DNA of 48,086 bases from Acidimicrobiia bacterium (GTDB taxonomy: Bacteria; Actinomycetota; Acidimicrobiia; Acidimicrobiales; JAHEJN01), in the NCBI GenBank assembly GCA_029861625.1, contig JAOTZB010000001.1:1-48086 (forward strand). The letters run 5' to 3'. The first letter of the stretch is position 1. Each line of letters opens with the position of its first letter. A program made the translations under genes and the position numbers. This document shows positions 35,929 to 46,012 of the stretch, piece by piece. Under the pieces are notes generated by a model. That model saw nothing but the letters and a program-made list of their open reading frames with translations, was not told the DNA's origin and ran no database searches.

Positions 35929-36696
35929 CTACGCGCCGATGGCGTGGTACCCGCCGTCGACGTGCAACATCTCACCGGTCGTCTGCGGGAACCAGTCGGA
36001 GAGCAACGCGACACACGCGTTGGCGACGGCGCTGCTGTCGTTCACGTCCCATCCGAGCGGTGCTCGCGATTCCCACGCGTCCTCGAACTCGCCGAAACCC
36101 GGAATGGACTTCGCGGCCATCGTGCGGATCGGTCCGGCTGCGACGAGGTTGACGCGGATCTGCTGCGGGCCGAGCGCCCGCGCCAGATACCGACTGGCCG
36201 ACTCGAGGGCTGCCTTGGCGACGCCCATCCAGTTGTAGGCCGGCCACGCCACCGTGGCGTCGAAGTCGAGGCCGACGATGGATCCGCCGTCGGGCATCAG
36301 CGGGGCCACGACCTCGGCCACCGTCTTCAGCGAGTACGCGGAGATCTGCATGCCGACCGAGATGTCGTCCCAATCGGCGGCCATGAAGTCCTCGCCGAGT
36401 CCGATCTCGGGCATGAAGCCGATGGCGTGCAGGGCGCCGTCGATGGTCCCGAACTGGGTCGCGAGGGCCTCGCGCAGCGCGACCACCTGTTCGGCGTCGG
36501 TCACGTCGAGCTCGAGAACAGTCGGCGCGGTCGGGAGCTTGCGTGCCGTGCGTTGGGTCAGTCGTAGCCCGCGGCCCGCCCCGGTGAGAACCACCTCGGC
36601 GCCCTCCTCGATGGCCCGCTCGGCGACCCCGTACGCCAGCGACGCATCGGTGAGCACGCCGGTGATCAGTAGCCGCTTGCCGGCGAGAATTCCCAT
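35929..36696 (-). CDS. fabI: NADH-dependent enoyl-ACP reductase (FabI/InhA type)
   Basis: MGILAGKRLLITGVLTDASLAYGVA..., Tyr/Lys catalytic region. ATG at 36696 is preceded by AGGAGG. Confidence 0.9.
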   Translation of the reverse strand: MGILAGKRLLITGVLTDASLAYGVAERAIEEGAEVVLTGAGRGLRLTQRTARKLPTAPTVLELDVTDAEQVVALREALATQFGTIDGALHAIGFMPEIGLGEDFMAADWDDISVGMQISAYSLKTVAEVVAPLMPDGGSIVGLDFDATVAWPAYNWMGVAKAALESASRYLARALGPQQIRVNLVAAGPIRTMAAKSIPGFGEFEDAWESRAPLGWDVNDSSAVANACVALLSDWFPQTTGEMLHVDGGYHAIGA

Positions 36697-36795
36697 GGCT
36701 GTCCTCCTGGGTCGGGCGATCGTCACCCTAGCGATACCGTCCCCGTCGATCGGCCATCGCGTCGGCGCAATTCATCGCGAGAGCGCGGGGTCGGT

Positions 36796-37473
36796 ATGGT
36801 TGCGCTCGTGAAGATCGGAATTCTCGGCGCAACCGGTCCGGCGGGCCGCTCCTTGGCCGCACGGCTCGCGTCGGTCGAGTACACGACCGTGATCGGGTCC
36901 CGCTCGAAGTACCGCGGCATGGAGATCCGCGACCAGATCGTCGAGGCCTGGCCCGACATCACGCTCGACCTCGAAGCCGGCGACAACGAGAACGCGGCCG
37001 CAGCAGACGTGGTCGTCGTCGCCACTCCCTGGGACGCCGCCGCCGTGACCGTCCGATCGGTGGCGCCCCTGCTCGCGGGCAAGGTCGTCATCTGCATGTG
37101 CAACGCGCTGGCCAAGGTCGGGCACGAGTTCCAGCCCCTGGTACCGCCGCGCGGGTCGGTGGCTGCGAGCGTGCAGGCCGCCGTGCCCAAGGCCCGGGTG
37201 TCGGCCGCTCTCCACCATGTCCCGGCCCGCGACCTGGGCCAGCTCGACGAGCCGGTGCACAGCGATGTGCTGATCTGTTCCGATCACCCGTCGGCCACCG
37301 AGCAGACGACCGACATCGTGAGCCGGATCCCCGGCGTGCGCTCACTCGACGCCGGCGAGCTGTCGAATGCTGCGCCCATCGAGGCCTTTGCAGCCGTGCT
37401 GTTGCAGCTCAACGTTCGTTACAGGAGTCGGGTCGCGGTGCGCTTCACCGGCCTCGGCGACGAAGCGACGTGA
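36796..37473 (+). CDS. npdG: NADPH-dependent F420 reductase-like oxidoreductase
   Basis: KIGILGATGPAGRSLAARLA Rossmann N-terminus and an F420_oxidored-like body. An alternative GTG start is at 36808. Confidence 0.72.
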   Translation: MVALVKIGILGATGPAGRSLAARLASVEYTTVIGSRSKYRGMEIRDQIVEAWPDITLDLEAGDNENAAAADVVVVATPWDAAAVTVRSVAPLLAGKVVICMCNALAKVGHEFQPLVPPRGSVAASVQAAVPKARVSAALHHVPARDLGQLDEPVHSDVLICSDHPSATEQTTDIVSRIPGVRSLDAGELSNAAPIEAFAAVLLQLNVRYRSRVAVRFTGLGDEAT

Positions 37474-37490
37474 CAGACGCGGGCGGCCCG

Positions 37491-38609
37491 ATGCGGCTCT
37501 ACGAGACATCTCGACGCGAGGTCGTGCCGTTCACACCAGGGCCCATCGTGACCATGTACACGTGCGGCATCACGCCGTATGACGCCACCCATTTCGGCCA
37601 CGCGACCGTCTATCTGACCTACGACGTGTTGCAGCGGCGACTCCGCGACCTCGGCCACGAGACCCGTTGCGTGCGCAACATCACCGACGTCGACGACGAC
37701 TTGTTGCGCAAGGCCAGAGAGCTCGGCGTGCACTACCTCGACCTGGCCGCGGCCGAGACCGCCCGTTTCGACGACGACATGACCGCGCTCGGCATGCTCG
37801 AGTCGTGGAGCGAGCCCCGGGCGACGTCGGCGATCTCCGACATCCGCGGCTTCATCGGCATGCTGCTCGACACCGGGAACGCCTACCAGTCGGGCGGCGG
37901 GGTCTACTTCGAAGCCGCATCGTCGGATCGGTTCGGTCGGCTGAGCCACTTCGACCGCGACGAGATGCTCCGTCTCTCGGCGAGCCGGGGCGGCAACCCG
38001 GACGACCCGAACAAGCGCGACGCTCTCGACTTCGTCCTCTGGCAACCCTCGGCACCGGACGAGCCGGCATGGGACTCGTTGTGGGGACCGGGACGTCCGG
38101 GCTGGCACATCGAGTGCTCGGCGCTCGCGATGCGTGAGCTCGACACGACCATCGATCTGCACGGTGGGGGAGCCGACCTCGTGTTCCCCCATCACGAGTG
38201 CGAGGCAGCGCAGTCCGAGGCTGCCACCGGCCGCCCGTTCGTGCGGCACTGGATGCACCAGGCGATGGTGCGGATGGACGGGGAGAAGATGTCGAAGTCG
38301 CTGGGCAATCTCGTGTTCGTCAGTGACCTGCGCAAGACCCACGACACCCGGGCGATCCGGCTCGCCGCCATCGTCCACCACTACCGCGACGAATGGGAGT
38401 GGAACGACGAGCTCATGCCGACCGCCGATGCCCGGCTCGAGCGGTGGCTCGACGCCGGCGCGGGCGATGGCGCGTTGGCCGCGGTCCGAGCGGCTCTCGA
38501 CGACGATCTCGATACCCCGAGCGCCGTGGCGGCGATCGACGCCGCGGCGGCCCGGGCCGAAGGGGTCTCGGTCGCCGCGCACCTCCTCGGCGTCGATCTG
38601 CGAGACTGA
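37491..38609 (+). CDS. mshC: L-cysteine:1D-myo-inositol 2-amino-2-deoxy-alpha-D-glucopyranoside ligase (mycothiol ligase)
   Basis: CGITPYDATHFGHATVYLTYDVL, NITDVDDDLLRKA, GRPGWHIECSA and KMSKSLGNLVFVSDL. A CysRS-like catalytic core without an anticodon-binding domain. An alternative GTG at 37470 would give a GTGA overlap with the upstream stop. Confidence 0.85.
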   Translation: MRLYETSRREVVPFTPGPIVTMYTCGITPYDATHFGHATVYLTYDVLQRRLRDLGHETRCVRNITDVDDDLLRKARELGVHYLDLAAAETARFDDDMTALGMLESWSEPRATSAISDIRGFIGMLLDTGNAYQSGGGVYFEAASSDRFGRLSHFDRDEMLRLSASRGGNPDDPNKRDALDFVLWQPSAPDEPAWDSLWGPGRPGWHIECSALAMRELDTTIDLHGGGADLVFPHHECEAAQSEAATGRPFVRHWMHQAMVRMDGEKMSKSLGNLVFVSDLRKTHDTRAIRLAAIVHHYRDEWEWNDELMPTADARLERWLDAGAGDGALAAVRAALDDDLDTPSAVAAIDAAAARAEGVSVAAHLLGVDLRD

Positions 38610-38639
38610 CCCCGCCGCCGACCGGACGAAAGGAGAACA

Positions 38640-39392
38640 GTGGCGAGAGAAGTCGGACAGCTCTACGGCGTGGCCCGCACCGTGCTGTTCCCGTTGTGCC
38701 GGTTCGCGTGGCGACTCCAGACATCGGGGCTCGAGAAGCTCCCCACCGAGGGTGCAGCCATCCTCGCGCCGAACCACACGTCGGTCATCGACTCGTTCCT
38801 CCTGCCGGCCGTGCTCCCGCGCCGCATCACCTATGTCGGCAAGGCCGAGTACCTCGACGACTGGAAGACCAAACATCTGTTCCCTGCGTTGGGGATGATC
38901 GCCATAGATCGCAGCGGCGGCGACTCGGCCAAGGCGGCGCTCGATGCCGCCGCGACCGTGCTCGAGGACGGCGAGCTGTTCGGGATCTACCCGGAGGGAA
39001 CCCGCTCCCGGAGCGGAGATCTCCACAAGGGCCACACCGGCGTGGTCCGTCTCGCGATGCGCACGGGTGCACCGATCTTCCCCGTCGGCATCGTCGGCAC
39101 TCGCGACGTACAGCCCCCCGATCAACCCCTGCCCCGCCCGTTCATGACCGTCGGCATCGACGTCGGCGACCCGATCGACGTGCGGGCAACCATCAGCGAT
39201 CCCGACGATCCCCGCGAGTACCGCCGTATCGCCGACCGGCTGATGTTCGACATCGCTCTGCTCTCGGGTCAGACCTACGTCGACGAGTACGCCACGAAGA
39301 AGACGACACCGGTGGCACCATCCGATCCCGACGAGGCACCTCTCACCCGCCGGCGCTCCAGTGCCGACGTGCTCGCCGGAACCGCTGCCTGA
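38640..39392 (+). CDS. plsC: 1-acyl-sn-glycerol-3-phosphate acyltransferase family protein
   Basis: NHTSVIDS (HX4D box) and FGIYPEGTRSRSG motifs. GTG at 38640 follows AAGGAG. Confidence 0.85.
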   Translation: MAREVGQLYGVARTVLFPLCRFAWRLQTSGLEKLPTEGAAILAPNHTSVIDSFLLPAVLPRRITYVGKAEYLDDWKTKHLFPALGMIAIDRSGGDSAKAALDAAATVLEDGELFGIYPEGTRSRSGDLHKGHTGVVRLAMRTGAPIFPVGIVGTRDVQPPDQPLPRPFMTVGIDVGDPIDVRATISDPDDPREYRRIADRLMFDIALLSGQTYVDEYATKKTTPVAPSDPDEAPLTRRRSSADVLAGTAA

Positions 39393-39454
39393 CGTCGAGG
39401 GCCGGCCCGGAACCCTCCTTGGCGCAGCGGTCGCGCCGCTACGCTGACGCCACC

Positions 39455-41422
39455 ATGGCCGAGATCTCGATCACCCTCCCGGACGGCTCCTCACGCGCCC
39501 TTCCCGAGGGCGCGACCGGCGCCGACCTGGCCGCCGCAATCGGCTCGGGACTGGCCAAGGCCGCACTCGTCGTCACCGCCGACGATGTGGTCCAGGACCT
39601 CGATGTCCCACTCGTCGACTCCCAACGCGTGGCCGTCGTCACCGCCGACTCCGAGCTCGGGCTCGAGACACTCCGGCATTCGACCGCACACGTTCTCGCC
39701 CAGGCCATCCTCGACCTGTACCCGGGAACCGAGCTGGCCATCGGACCCCCGATCGAACACGGCTTCTACTACGACGTCGATCTGCCCGACCGCGCCACAC
39801 TGAGCGACGACGACCTCGAACGCATCGAATCGCGCATGCGCGAGATCGTCGCCGCTGATCAGCCCTTCACCCGACACGAGATCTCGGTGGCCGCAGCGCT
39901 CGAGCTGTTCGGCGACCACGTCTACAAGCGCGAGATCATCGAGCGCGTCGTCGGCGGCGACGGGGACGCCGAGCTCGCCGACGAGATCGGTGGCACCGAT
40001 TCGATCAGCTACTACGCCAACGGCGACACGTTCCTCGACATGTGCACCGGACCACACGTGCCGTCCACCGGTCGTCTCGGGCACTTCAAGCTCCAGAAGG
40101 TGGCGGGAGCGTACTGGCGCGGTGATGTCACCCGGCCCATGCTCCAGCGCGTCTACGGCACGGCATGGGCCTCCAAGAAACAACTGAAGCAGCATCTCCA
40201 CAATCTCGAGGAGGCAGAGAAGCGCGACCACCGCCGCCTCGCGACCGAGCTCGGGCTCGTGTCGTGGCCCGAGGAGCTCGGGCCGGGGCTGGCGGTGTGG
40301 CACCCCAAGGGGGCGATCATCCGTCGGATCATGGAGGACTACAGCCGCGATCGCCATGCCGAGGGCGGGTACGACTTCGTCTTCAGTCCCCACATTGCGA
40401 AGTCCGTGCTGTGGGAGACCAGCGGCCACCTCGACTTCTATGCCGACAGCATGTACCCGCCCATGGAGATGGACGGTGCGGCCTACTACCCGAAGCCGAT
40501 GAACTGCCCGTTCCACGTGATGATCTACAAGGGCGAGCAGCGGAGCTATCGCGACCTGCCGCTGCGCATGTACGAGCTCGGCACCGTGTATCGCTACGAG
40601 CTCTCGGGTGCCGTGCACGGCTTGATGCGCAGCCGGGGGTTCACCCAGGACGACTCGCACATCTTCTGCACCCGCGAGGACATCCAGGTCGAGCTGGCGT
40701 CGCTCCTCGCGTTCGTGCTCGACGTGTTGCGTGCGTTCGGCTTCGACGACTTCCAGGCCAGGCTGTCGACGCGTCCCCCGGAGAAGTCCGTCGGCAACGA
40801 CGACCTCTGGGACGAAGCCACCGATGGGCTCCGCGCCGCACTGGAGGCCGCGGCGCTCGACTACGAGCTCGACGAGGGTGGAGGCGCGTTCTACGGCCCG
40901 AAGATCGATGTCGACGTGCGCGACGCGATCGGACGAGCGTGGCAGCTGTCCACGATCCAGGTCGATTTCAACCTGCCCGAGCGCTTCGGTCTGGAGTACG
41001 TGAGCGGCAACGGCCAACGCCAGCGCCCGGTCATGATCCACCGTGCGCTGATGGGGTCGATCGAACGCTTCTTCGGCGTGCTCATCGAGCATTACGCGGG
41101 TGCGTTCCCAGCCTGGTTGGCGCCGATCCAGGCGCGCGTGCTCGCCGTGTCGGCCGACCACGAGGACCATGCGGTTGCACTGGTCGACGAGCTCCGGGCC
41201 GAAGGGTTCCGCATCGATCATGTCGTTGCCGACGATCCTCTGGGCAAGCGCATCCGCAATGCCAAGGTCGAGAAACTGCCGTATGTGTTGGTCGTGGGCG
41301 ACGACGACGTGGCGAACGGGACAGTCGGCGTGAACCCGCGGGGCGGCGAGGTCGAGCGTGACGTCAAGGTCAACGACTTCATCGCGCGCCTGGCCGACCA
41401 GGTCCTCAGTCACAGCGAATGA
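39455..41422 (+). CDS. thrS: threonine--tRNA ligase
   Basis: TGS start MAEISITLPDGS, editing-domain HSTAHVLAQA, class II motifs (FHVMIYK, GFTQDDSHIFC, GAFYGPKID) and a C-terminal anticodon-binding domain. The tracked 38393 start is a spurious extension. Confidence 0.97.
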   Translation: MAEISITLPDGSSRALPEGATGADLAAAIGSGLAKAALVVTADDVVQDLDVPLVDSQRVAVVTADSELGLETLRHSTAHVLAQAILDLYPGTELAIGPPIEHGFYYDVDLPDRATLSDDDLERIESRMREIVAADQPFTRHEISVAAALELFGDHVYKREIIERVVGGDGDAELADEIGGTDSISYYANGDTFLDMCTGPHVPSTGRLGHFKLQKVAGAYWRGDVTRPMLQRVYGTAWASKKQLKQHLHNLEEAEKRDHRRLATELGLVSWPEELGPGLAVWHPKGAIIRRIMEDYSRDRHAEGGYDFVFSPHIAKSVLWETSGHLDFYADSMYPPMEMDGAAYYPKPMNCPFHVMIYKGEQRSYRDLPLRMYELGTVYRYELSGAVHGLMRSRGFTQDDSHIFCTREDIQVELASLLAFVLDVLRAFGFDDFQARLSTRPPEKSVGNDDLWDEATDGLRAALEAAALDYELDEGGGAFYGPKIDVDVRDAIGRAWQLSTIQVDFNLPERFGLEYVSGNGQRQRPVMIHRALMGSIERFFGVLIEHYAGAFPAWLAPIQARVLAVSADHEDHAVALVDELRAEGFRIDHVVADDPLGKRIRNAKVEKLPYVLVVGDDDVANGTVGVNPRGGEVERDVKVNDFIARLADQVLSHSE

Positions 41423-41937
41423 GCCTCGAACGACTGTGGGCGACCTGGCGGAGCGACTACGTGGCCTCGATCGCACAGGCGCCGCCCCCCACCGGTGACC
41501 AGTCGCTGTTCGAAGGCATCCTCGCGAGCGGACTGTCCGACGAGGAGAGCGGCATCGTCTGGCGGGGACGGCACGCGTTCTCGCTCCTCAATCTGTACCC
41601 GTACACGAGCGGCCACGTGCTGGTGCTGCCGTATCGGGCCGTACCCGACCTCGGTGGGCTCACCGACGAGGAAGCGGCCGACCTGTGGCTGGGCATCCGG
41701 TCGGCCGAGGTGGCGATCACGAGTGCCTACTCGCCCGATGGCGTCAACATCGGCATGAACATCGGTCGAGCAGCCGGAGCGGGCGTGCCCGACCATCTCC
41801 ACGCCCACGTGCTGCCCCGGTGGGCCGGCGACACGAACTTCACCACCGCCATCGCCGAGGTCAGGTTGTTGCCCGAGTCGCTCGACATCACCTATCGCCG
41901 ACTAACCGAGGCCTGGCCCGATCACGGCGGCCGATAG
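41419..41937 (+). CDS. HIT family protein (Ap4A phosphorylase-like)
   Basis: LLNLYPYTSGHVLVLP and the histidine triad VPDHLHAHVLPRW. ATGA overlap with thrS. Confidence 0.88.
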   Translation: MSLERLWATWRSDYVASIAQAPPPTGDQSLFEGILASGLSDEESGIVWRGRHAFSLLNLYPYTSGHVLVLPYRAVPDLGGLTDEEAADLWLGIRSAEVAITSAYSPDGVNIGMNIGRAAGAGVPDHLHAHVLPRWAGDTNFTTAIAEVRLLPESLDITYRRLTEAWPDHGGR

Positions 41938-41946
41938 CGTGACGGC

Positions 41947-42477
41947 GTGAACGAAGACCTCCCGGGCGAACCCACCGACGAGGACGCAGGGGTGGACGAG
42001 GTCGATGCCGGCGATCGCTTGCCGGACGATCTCGACATCACCACGCTCGAGCTCCCGTACGTCTTCCCGAACAACAACCGCCGGCGACTCCCGGCGGTGC
42101 TCTACATCGCGACGGCGACGGTGTTCATCGCTGTGGCCCTCCTCGCCGACGGGAGTCCCCGTGTGAACTCGGGGTTCGTCGTCGCCGGCGTCTGCATCGC
42201 GGCGTTCGGCGTGTACAGCTGGGTGGCGGGCTGGAATCTCGACATCGACGAGCTCGACGCGCTCGCGATCGCCGCGAAGACGGTTGGTTTCCCCGTCGGG
42301 CATGCGTCCGCGCAGCTGGCCTGGCGTGGTGTGCTCAGCCGGCCGACCTGGCGCATACTCGTCTACTCGAACGAGCCCCAGCCCGAGCAGCGAGCGCTGG
42401 TCTTCGTCGACGGTGTCGACGGCGCGGTGCTCGACCAGATCGTGGAGGCGAACCCAGAGGACTTCTCCGAATACTAG
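41947..42477 (+). CDS. hypothetical 2-TM membrane protein with acidic N-terminus
   Basis: LPAVLYIATATVFIAVALLA and GFVVAGVCIAAFGVYSWVAGW helices. Good GC3 bias. No family recognised. Confidence 0.6.
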   Translation: MNEDLPGEPTDEDAGVDEVDAGDRLPDDLDITTLELPYVFPNNNRRRLPAVLYIATATVFIAVALLADGSPRVNSGFVVAGVCIAAFGVYSWVAGWNLDIDELDALAIAAKTVGFPVGHASAQLAWRGVLSRPTWRILVYSNEPQPEQRALVFVDGVDGAVLDQIVEANPEDFSEY

Positions 42478-42570
42478 GAAACCGGGGATCGGCCCGGTCG
42501 GAGCCCTCCGGAGTTTCTGGCGACTCGCCCGCTACTCTTGGCGTCAGGAAGCCCGGACGAAGGAGATCGG

Positions 42571-43260
42571 ATGTTCGACGGGCACTGGCGCGAGGCAGTC
42601 GAGAGAGCAGTCGACCCCATCGGGGCGTCGCTGAAGCGAACCGGCATCACTGCTGACGCACTGACGATCATCGGTGTGGTCGTTGCCGGCACGGCCGCGG
42701 TCGTCATCGGGAACGGCTACCTGCGAATCGGTTTCGTGTTGTTGTTGCTGGCGGGCATCCCCGACCTCCTCGATGGCGCGGTCGCGAAGGCCTCGGGCAC
42801 CACGTCGGTGCGAGGTGCGTTCTTCGACTCGACGTCCGACCGTGTCACCGACGCCTTGTTGTTCGGCGGCTTGAGCTGGTATCTCGCATCCAACGAGCCG
42901 GGCCGCATCTCCGTCCTCCCGGTCGCGGTGATGGGTGCGGCCATGCTGATCTCCTACCAGCGGGCCAAGGCCGAGTCGCTCGGATTCGATGCCAAGGGCG
43001 GCATCATGGAACGCGCCGAACGGTTCATCGTCCTGAGCATCGGATTGATCTTCCCCGAGATCCTCATCCCGGTGCTCTGGGTGATGCTCGTGCTCACGCT
43101 CGTGACTGCCGTCCAGCGGTTCGTGAAGGTCTGGCGCCAGGCCAGCGCGAGCCATCCGTTGGCCTCGGCCCGTCGAGCCGAACGTCGCCCGCGGGCGCGC
43201 ACCCGCGAACGTCTCGAGGCCAGGCGGGCCCGACGGGCCTCGCTTCGGCGTCGCAACTAG
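42571..43260 (+). CDS. pgsA1: CDP-alcohol phosphatidyltransferase (phosphatidylinositol-phosphate synthase type)
   Basis: Motif DLLDGAVAKASGTTSVRGAFFDSTSDRVTD (D-x2-DG-x2-AR...G-x3-D-x3-D). ATG at 42571 follows AGGAG. Synteny with thrS/HIT/patA/pimA matches that in mycobacteria. Confidence 0.85.
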   Translation: MFDGHWREAVERAVDPIGASLKRTGITADALTIIGVVVAGTAAVVIGNGYLRIGFVLLLLAGIPDLLDGAVAKASGTTSVRGAFFDSTSDRVTDALLFGGLSWYLASNEPGRISVLPVAVMGAAMLISYQRAKAESLGFDAKGGIMERAERFIVLSIGLIFPEILIPVLWVMLVLTLVTAVQRFVKVWRQASASHPLASARRAERRPRARTRERLEARRARRASLRRRN

Positions 43261-43272
43261 TCCCGACCCGCA

Positions 43273-44172
43273 GTGGTCGACCGGGCATACGCCCTGTACC
43301 GGCTCGGGTCGGCGGTCACGCGCGGCCTCCCGGCGCCCCTCGTCGACGCCGTCGGCGAGGTCGCGAGCCGCAGCGCCGCCCGCGCCGGGGGCGAGCGGCG
43401 CTTCCTCGTCGAGCGGAATCTCCGACGCGTGCTCGGGCCCGATGTGCCCCAGCGTCGGATCGATCGACTCGTCGGCGACACGTTCGCCGACTACGTCCGG
43501 TACTACACCGAGTCGGCCCGCCTGCCGGACATGTCGGTCGAGGAGATCGATGCCGGATTCACCTACGAAGGAGTCGGCAACATCGACCGTGCTGTCGCCT
43601 CGGGCATCGGCCCGATCCTGGTGTTGCCCCACCTCGGCGGATGGGAGTGGGCCGGGTTCTGGCTCACGCTCGTGCCGAGATACCAGGTCACGGTCGTGGT
43701 CGAGCCGCTCCAGCCGCCGGAGCTGCACGACTGGTTCGTTCGCTTCCGTGAGCAGCTCGGGATGAATGTCGTGCCGCTCGGCCCCGACGCGGCAGCCGAG
43801 ACCGTGCGGGCCATCAAGGCCGGACATGTCGTCTGTCTGTTGTCCGATCGAGCCGTCGGCGGCGCATCGGTCGAGGTCGACTTCTTCGGGGAGACGACCC
43901 GGCTCCCGGCCGGGCCGGCCACCCTCGCGCTGCGGACTGGTTGCCATCTGTTGCCCACCGGCGTCTATCACGCCGACCATGGCACCCATGCGATCGTGCG
44001 ACCGGATGTCGCCTACGAACGGCAGGGTCCGAGGCTTCGCGACGACATCACCGCGCTCACGCAGCTCCTGGCGCGTGAGATGGAATGGCTCATCCGTCAG
44101 GCGCCGGAGCAGTGGCATCTGATGCAGCCGAACTGGCCGAGCGATCACGAGGCCCTCGCCGGACTCGGGTGA
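43273..44172 (+). CDS. patA: phosphatidylinositol mannoside acyltransferase (LpxL/HtrB-type lauroyl acyltransferase family)
   Basis: VLPHLGGWEWAG motif of the Lip_A_acyltrans family. Sits between pgsA1 and pimA. Confidence 0.78.
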   Translation: MVDRAYALYRLGSAVTRGLPAPLVDAVGEVASRSAARAGGERRFLVERNLRRVLGPDVPQRRIDRLVGDTFADYVRYYTESARLPDMSVEEIDAGFTYEGVGNIDRAVASGIGPILVLPHLGGWEWAGFWLTLVPRYQVTVVVEPLQPPELHDWFVRFREQLGMNVVPLGPDAAAETVRAIKAGHVVCLLSDRAVGGASVEVDFFGETTRLPAGPATLALRTGCHLLPTGVYHADHGTHAIVRPDVAYERQGPRLRDDITALTQLLAREMEWLIRQAPEQWHLMQPNWPSDHEALAGLG

Positions 44173-44214
44173 GCCCGGGGTCACCGCTGTTCGCGGGCGC
44201 TAGCGTCTCGCGCC

Positions 44215-45285
44215 ATGCGGGTCGGGATCGTCTGTCCATACAGCCTGACCCTTCCCGGCGGCGTCCAGGACCAGGTCCTCGGCCTCGGTCGGGCGTTGCG
44301 CAGGCGGGGAGTCGACGCTCGGGTCCTCGGTCCCTGTGACGGCGCGCCGCCGGACCCGGCGATAACACCGTTGGGAAACAGTGTTCCCCTGGCCGCGAAC
44401 GGCTCGATTGCCCCGATCGCGCCCGACCCCGCCGCGACGCTGCGGACCATCCGGGCGCTTCGTGACGAACAATTCGATGTGCTCCACCTCCACGAGCCCC
44501 TGGCTCCCGGTCCGACCATGACGGCGATGTACGTCGACCCGGCGCCCGTGCTGGCCACCTTCCACGCGGCAGGAACGAGCGCGTCGTATTCGTATCTCCG
44601 CGGCATCGTTCGGCGTCTCGCGATGCACATCGACGTTGCCGTCGCCGTGTCCGAGGAGGCCCGTGACCTGGCGAGCCAGATCTACGCCGGTCCGATCGAG
44701 ATCACCTTCAACGGCGTCGACGTGGCGCGCTCTCGGGACGGTGCTGCCTGGCCCACCAAGGGACCGACGATCTTCTTCCTGGGCCGTCACGAACCTCGCA
44801 AGGGTCTCGGGGTGTTGCTCGACGCGCTCGACGACCTACCGGGCGACGTCCAGTGCTGGGTCGCGGGGGAGGGGCCCGAGACCGCGTCGCTCGCAGCCCG
44901 TTCGGCCGGGGATCCCCGCGTGGTGTGGCTCGGGCGGATCCCCGAGGCGGAGAAGCTCAGCCGCATGCGCGGCGCCGACGTGTTCTGTGCGCCGGCCCTC
45001 GGAGGAGAGTCGTTCGGCGTCGTCCTGCTCGAGGGAATGGCGGCGCGGACTCCCGTGGTCGCGAGCGACATCGCCGGCTACAGCGCGGTGGCGAGGGGAG
45101 GGAGCGATGCCCTGCTCGTAGCTCCCGGTGACGCGGCCGCACTGGCGGCCGCACTGCGTCTCGCGCTCTTCGACGCGGCCACGTCGGATCGGCTCGTCCG
45201 TGGCGGCGCGGAGCGGGCCGACGAGCTTTCGATGGCCGCGCTCGCTGCCGATTACGAGAAACGCTACGAGCGACTCCTCGGCTGA
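44215..45285 (+). CDS. pimA: GT4 glycosyltransferase, phosphatidylinositol alpha-mannosyltransferase-like
   Basis: MRVGIVCPYSLTLPGGVQDQVLGL, and a C-terminal E-x7-E region (ESFGVVLLEGMAA). Confidence 0.85.
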   Translation: MRVGIVCPYSLTLPGGVQDQVLGLGRALRRRGVDARVLGPCDGAPPDPAITPLGNSVPLAANGSIAPIAPDPAATLRTIRALRDEQFDVLHLHEPLAPGPTMTAMYVDPAPVLATFHAAGTSASYSYLRGIVRRLAMHIDVAVAVSEEARDLASQIYAGPIEITFNGVDVARSRDGAAWPTKGPTIFFLGRHEPRKGLGVLLDALDDLPGDVQCWVAGEGPETASLAARSAGDPRVVWLGRIPEAEKLSRMRGADVFCAPALGGESFGVVLLEGMAARTPVVASDIAGYSAVARGGSDALLVAPGDAAALAAALRLALFDAATSDRLVRGGAERADELSMAALAADYEKRYERLLG

Positions 45286-45447
45286 GCGTGACGGCCGACC
45301 CGGCGTCGCCGTCAACGCGATCGTTCCATCCGGGATGGAGCGCCGCGCGGCTCGATGCGCTCTACACTGTCCCCAGCCTGGCACCGGCCAGCGGGGCGGC
45401 CCCGCCAGCTCAGTGGTGCACGCTCGAGGCCCTCGGAAGGAGCCGAC

Positions 45448-45999
45448 GTGATCTTGTGGATCATCATCATCGTGGTGGTCGTACTGCTCGCCCTGTTCTT
45501 CGTGTTGCAGTACAACGGCTTGGTCCGCCTGCGGAATCGGTCGGAGAACGCATGGGCGCAGATCGACGTCCAGCTGCGGCGCCGATACGACCTCATCCCG
45601 AATCTGGTCGAGACCGTCAAGGGTTATGCCGCCCACGAGCGCGAGACGCTCGAAGCGGTCATCGCCGCTCGCAACGTCGCGATCGCCGCCGGCTCTCCGG
45701 CCGAGCAGGCCCAGGCCGAGAACATCCTGACCGGTGCGCTCCGACAGCTGTTCGCCCTCAGCGAGGCCTACCCGGACCTCAAGGCGAGCACGAACTTCCT
45801 CGAGCTGCAGGAGGAGCTGACCTCGACCGAGGACCGCATCGCCTACGCGCGGCAGTACTACAACGACGCCGTGTTGCGCTACAACAACAAGCTCCAGGTC
45901 TTCCCGTCGAACGTCGTCGCCGGCATGTTCAAGTTCGGCGAGCGTGAGTACTTCGAGACCGAGGGCGACACCCAAGAGCCCGTCCAAGTCGAGTTCTGA
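45448..45999 (+). CDS. lemA: LemA family membrane protein
   Basis: [67 protein letters not shown] at 45448 follows GGAAGGAG. Confidence 0.9.
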   Translation: MILWIIIIVVVVLLALFFVLQYNGLVRLRNRSENAWAQIDVQLRRRYDLIPNLVETVKGYAAHERETLEAVIAARNVAIAAGSPAEQAQAENILTGALRQLFALSEAYPDLKASTNFLELQEELTSTEDRIAYARQYYNDAVLRYNNKLQVFPSNVVAGMFKFGEREYFETEGDTQEPVQVEF

Positions 46000-46012
46000 T
46001 CCGGCCCGACGC

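Noticed and set aside
38393-39454. N-terminal 354-codon extension of the thrS ORF in the track
   Set aside because: Arg-rich junk that overlaps the 3' end of mshC and all of plsC in another frame. The true ThrRS begins at the TGS-domain ATG at 39455. Similar spurious extensions were trimmed for ORFs starting at 3701, 9623, 10552, 11967, 12905, 20096, 26479, 26716, 27288, 21576 and 37098.
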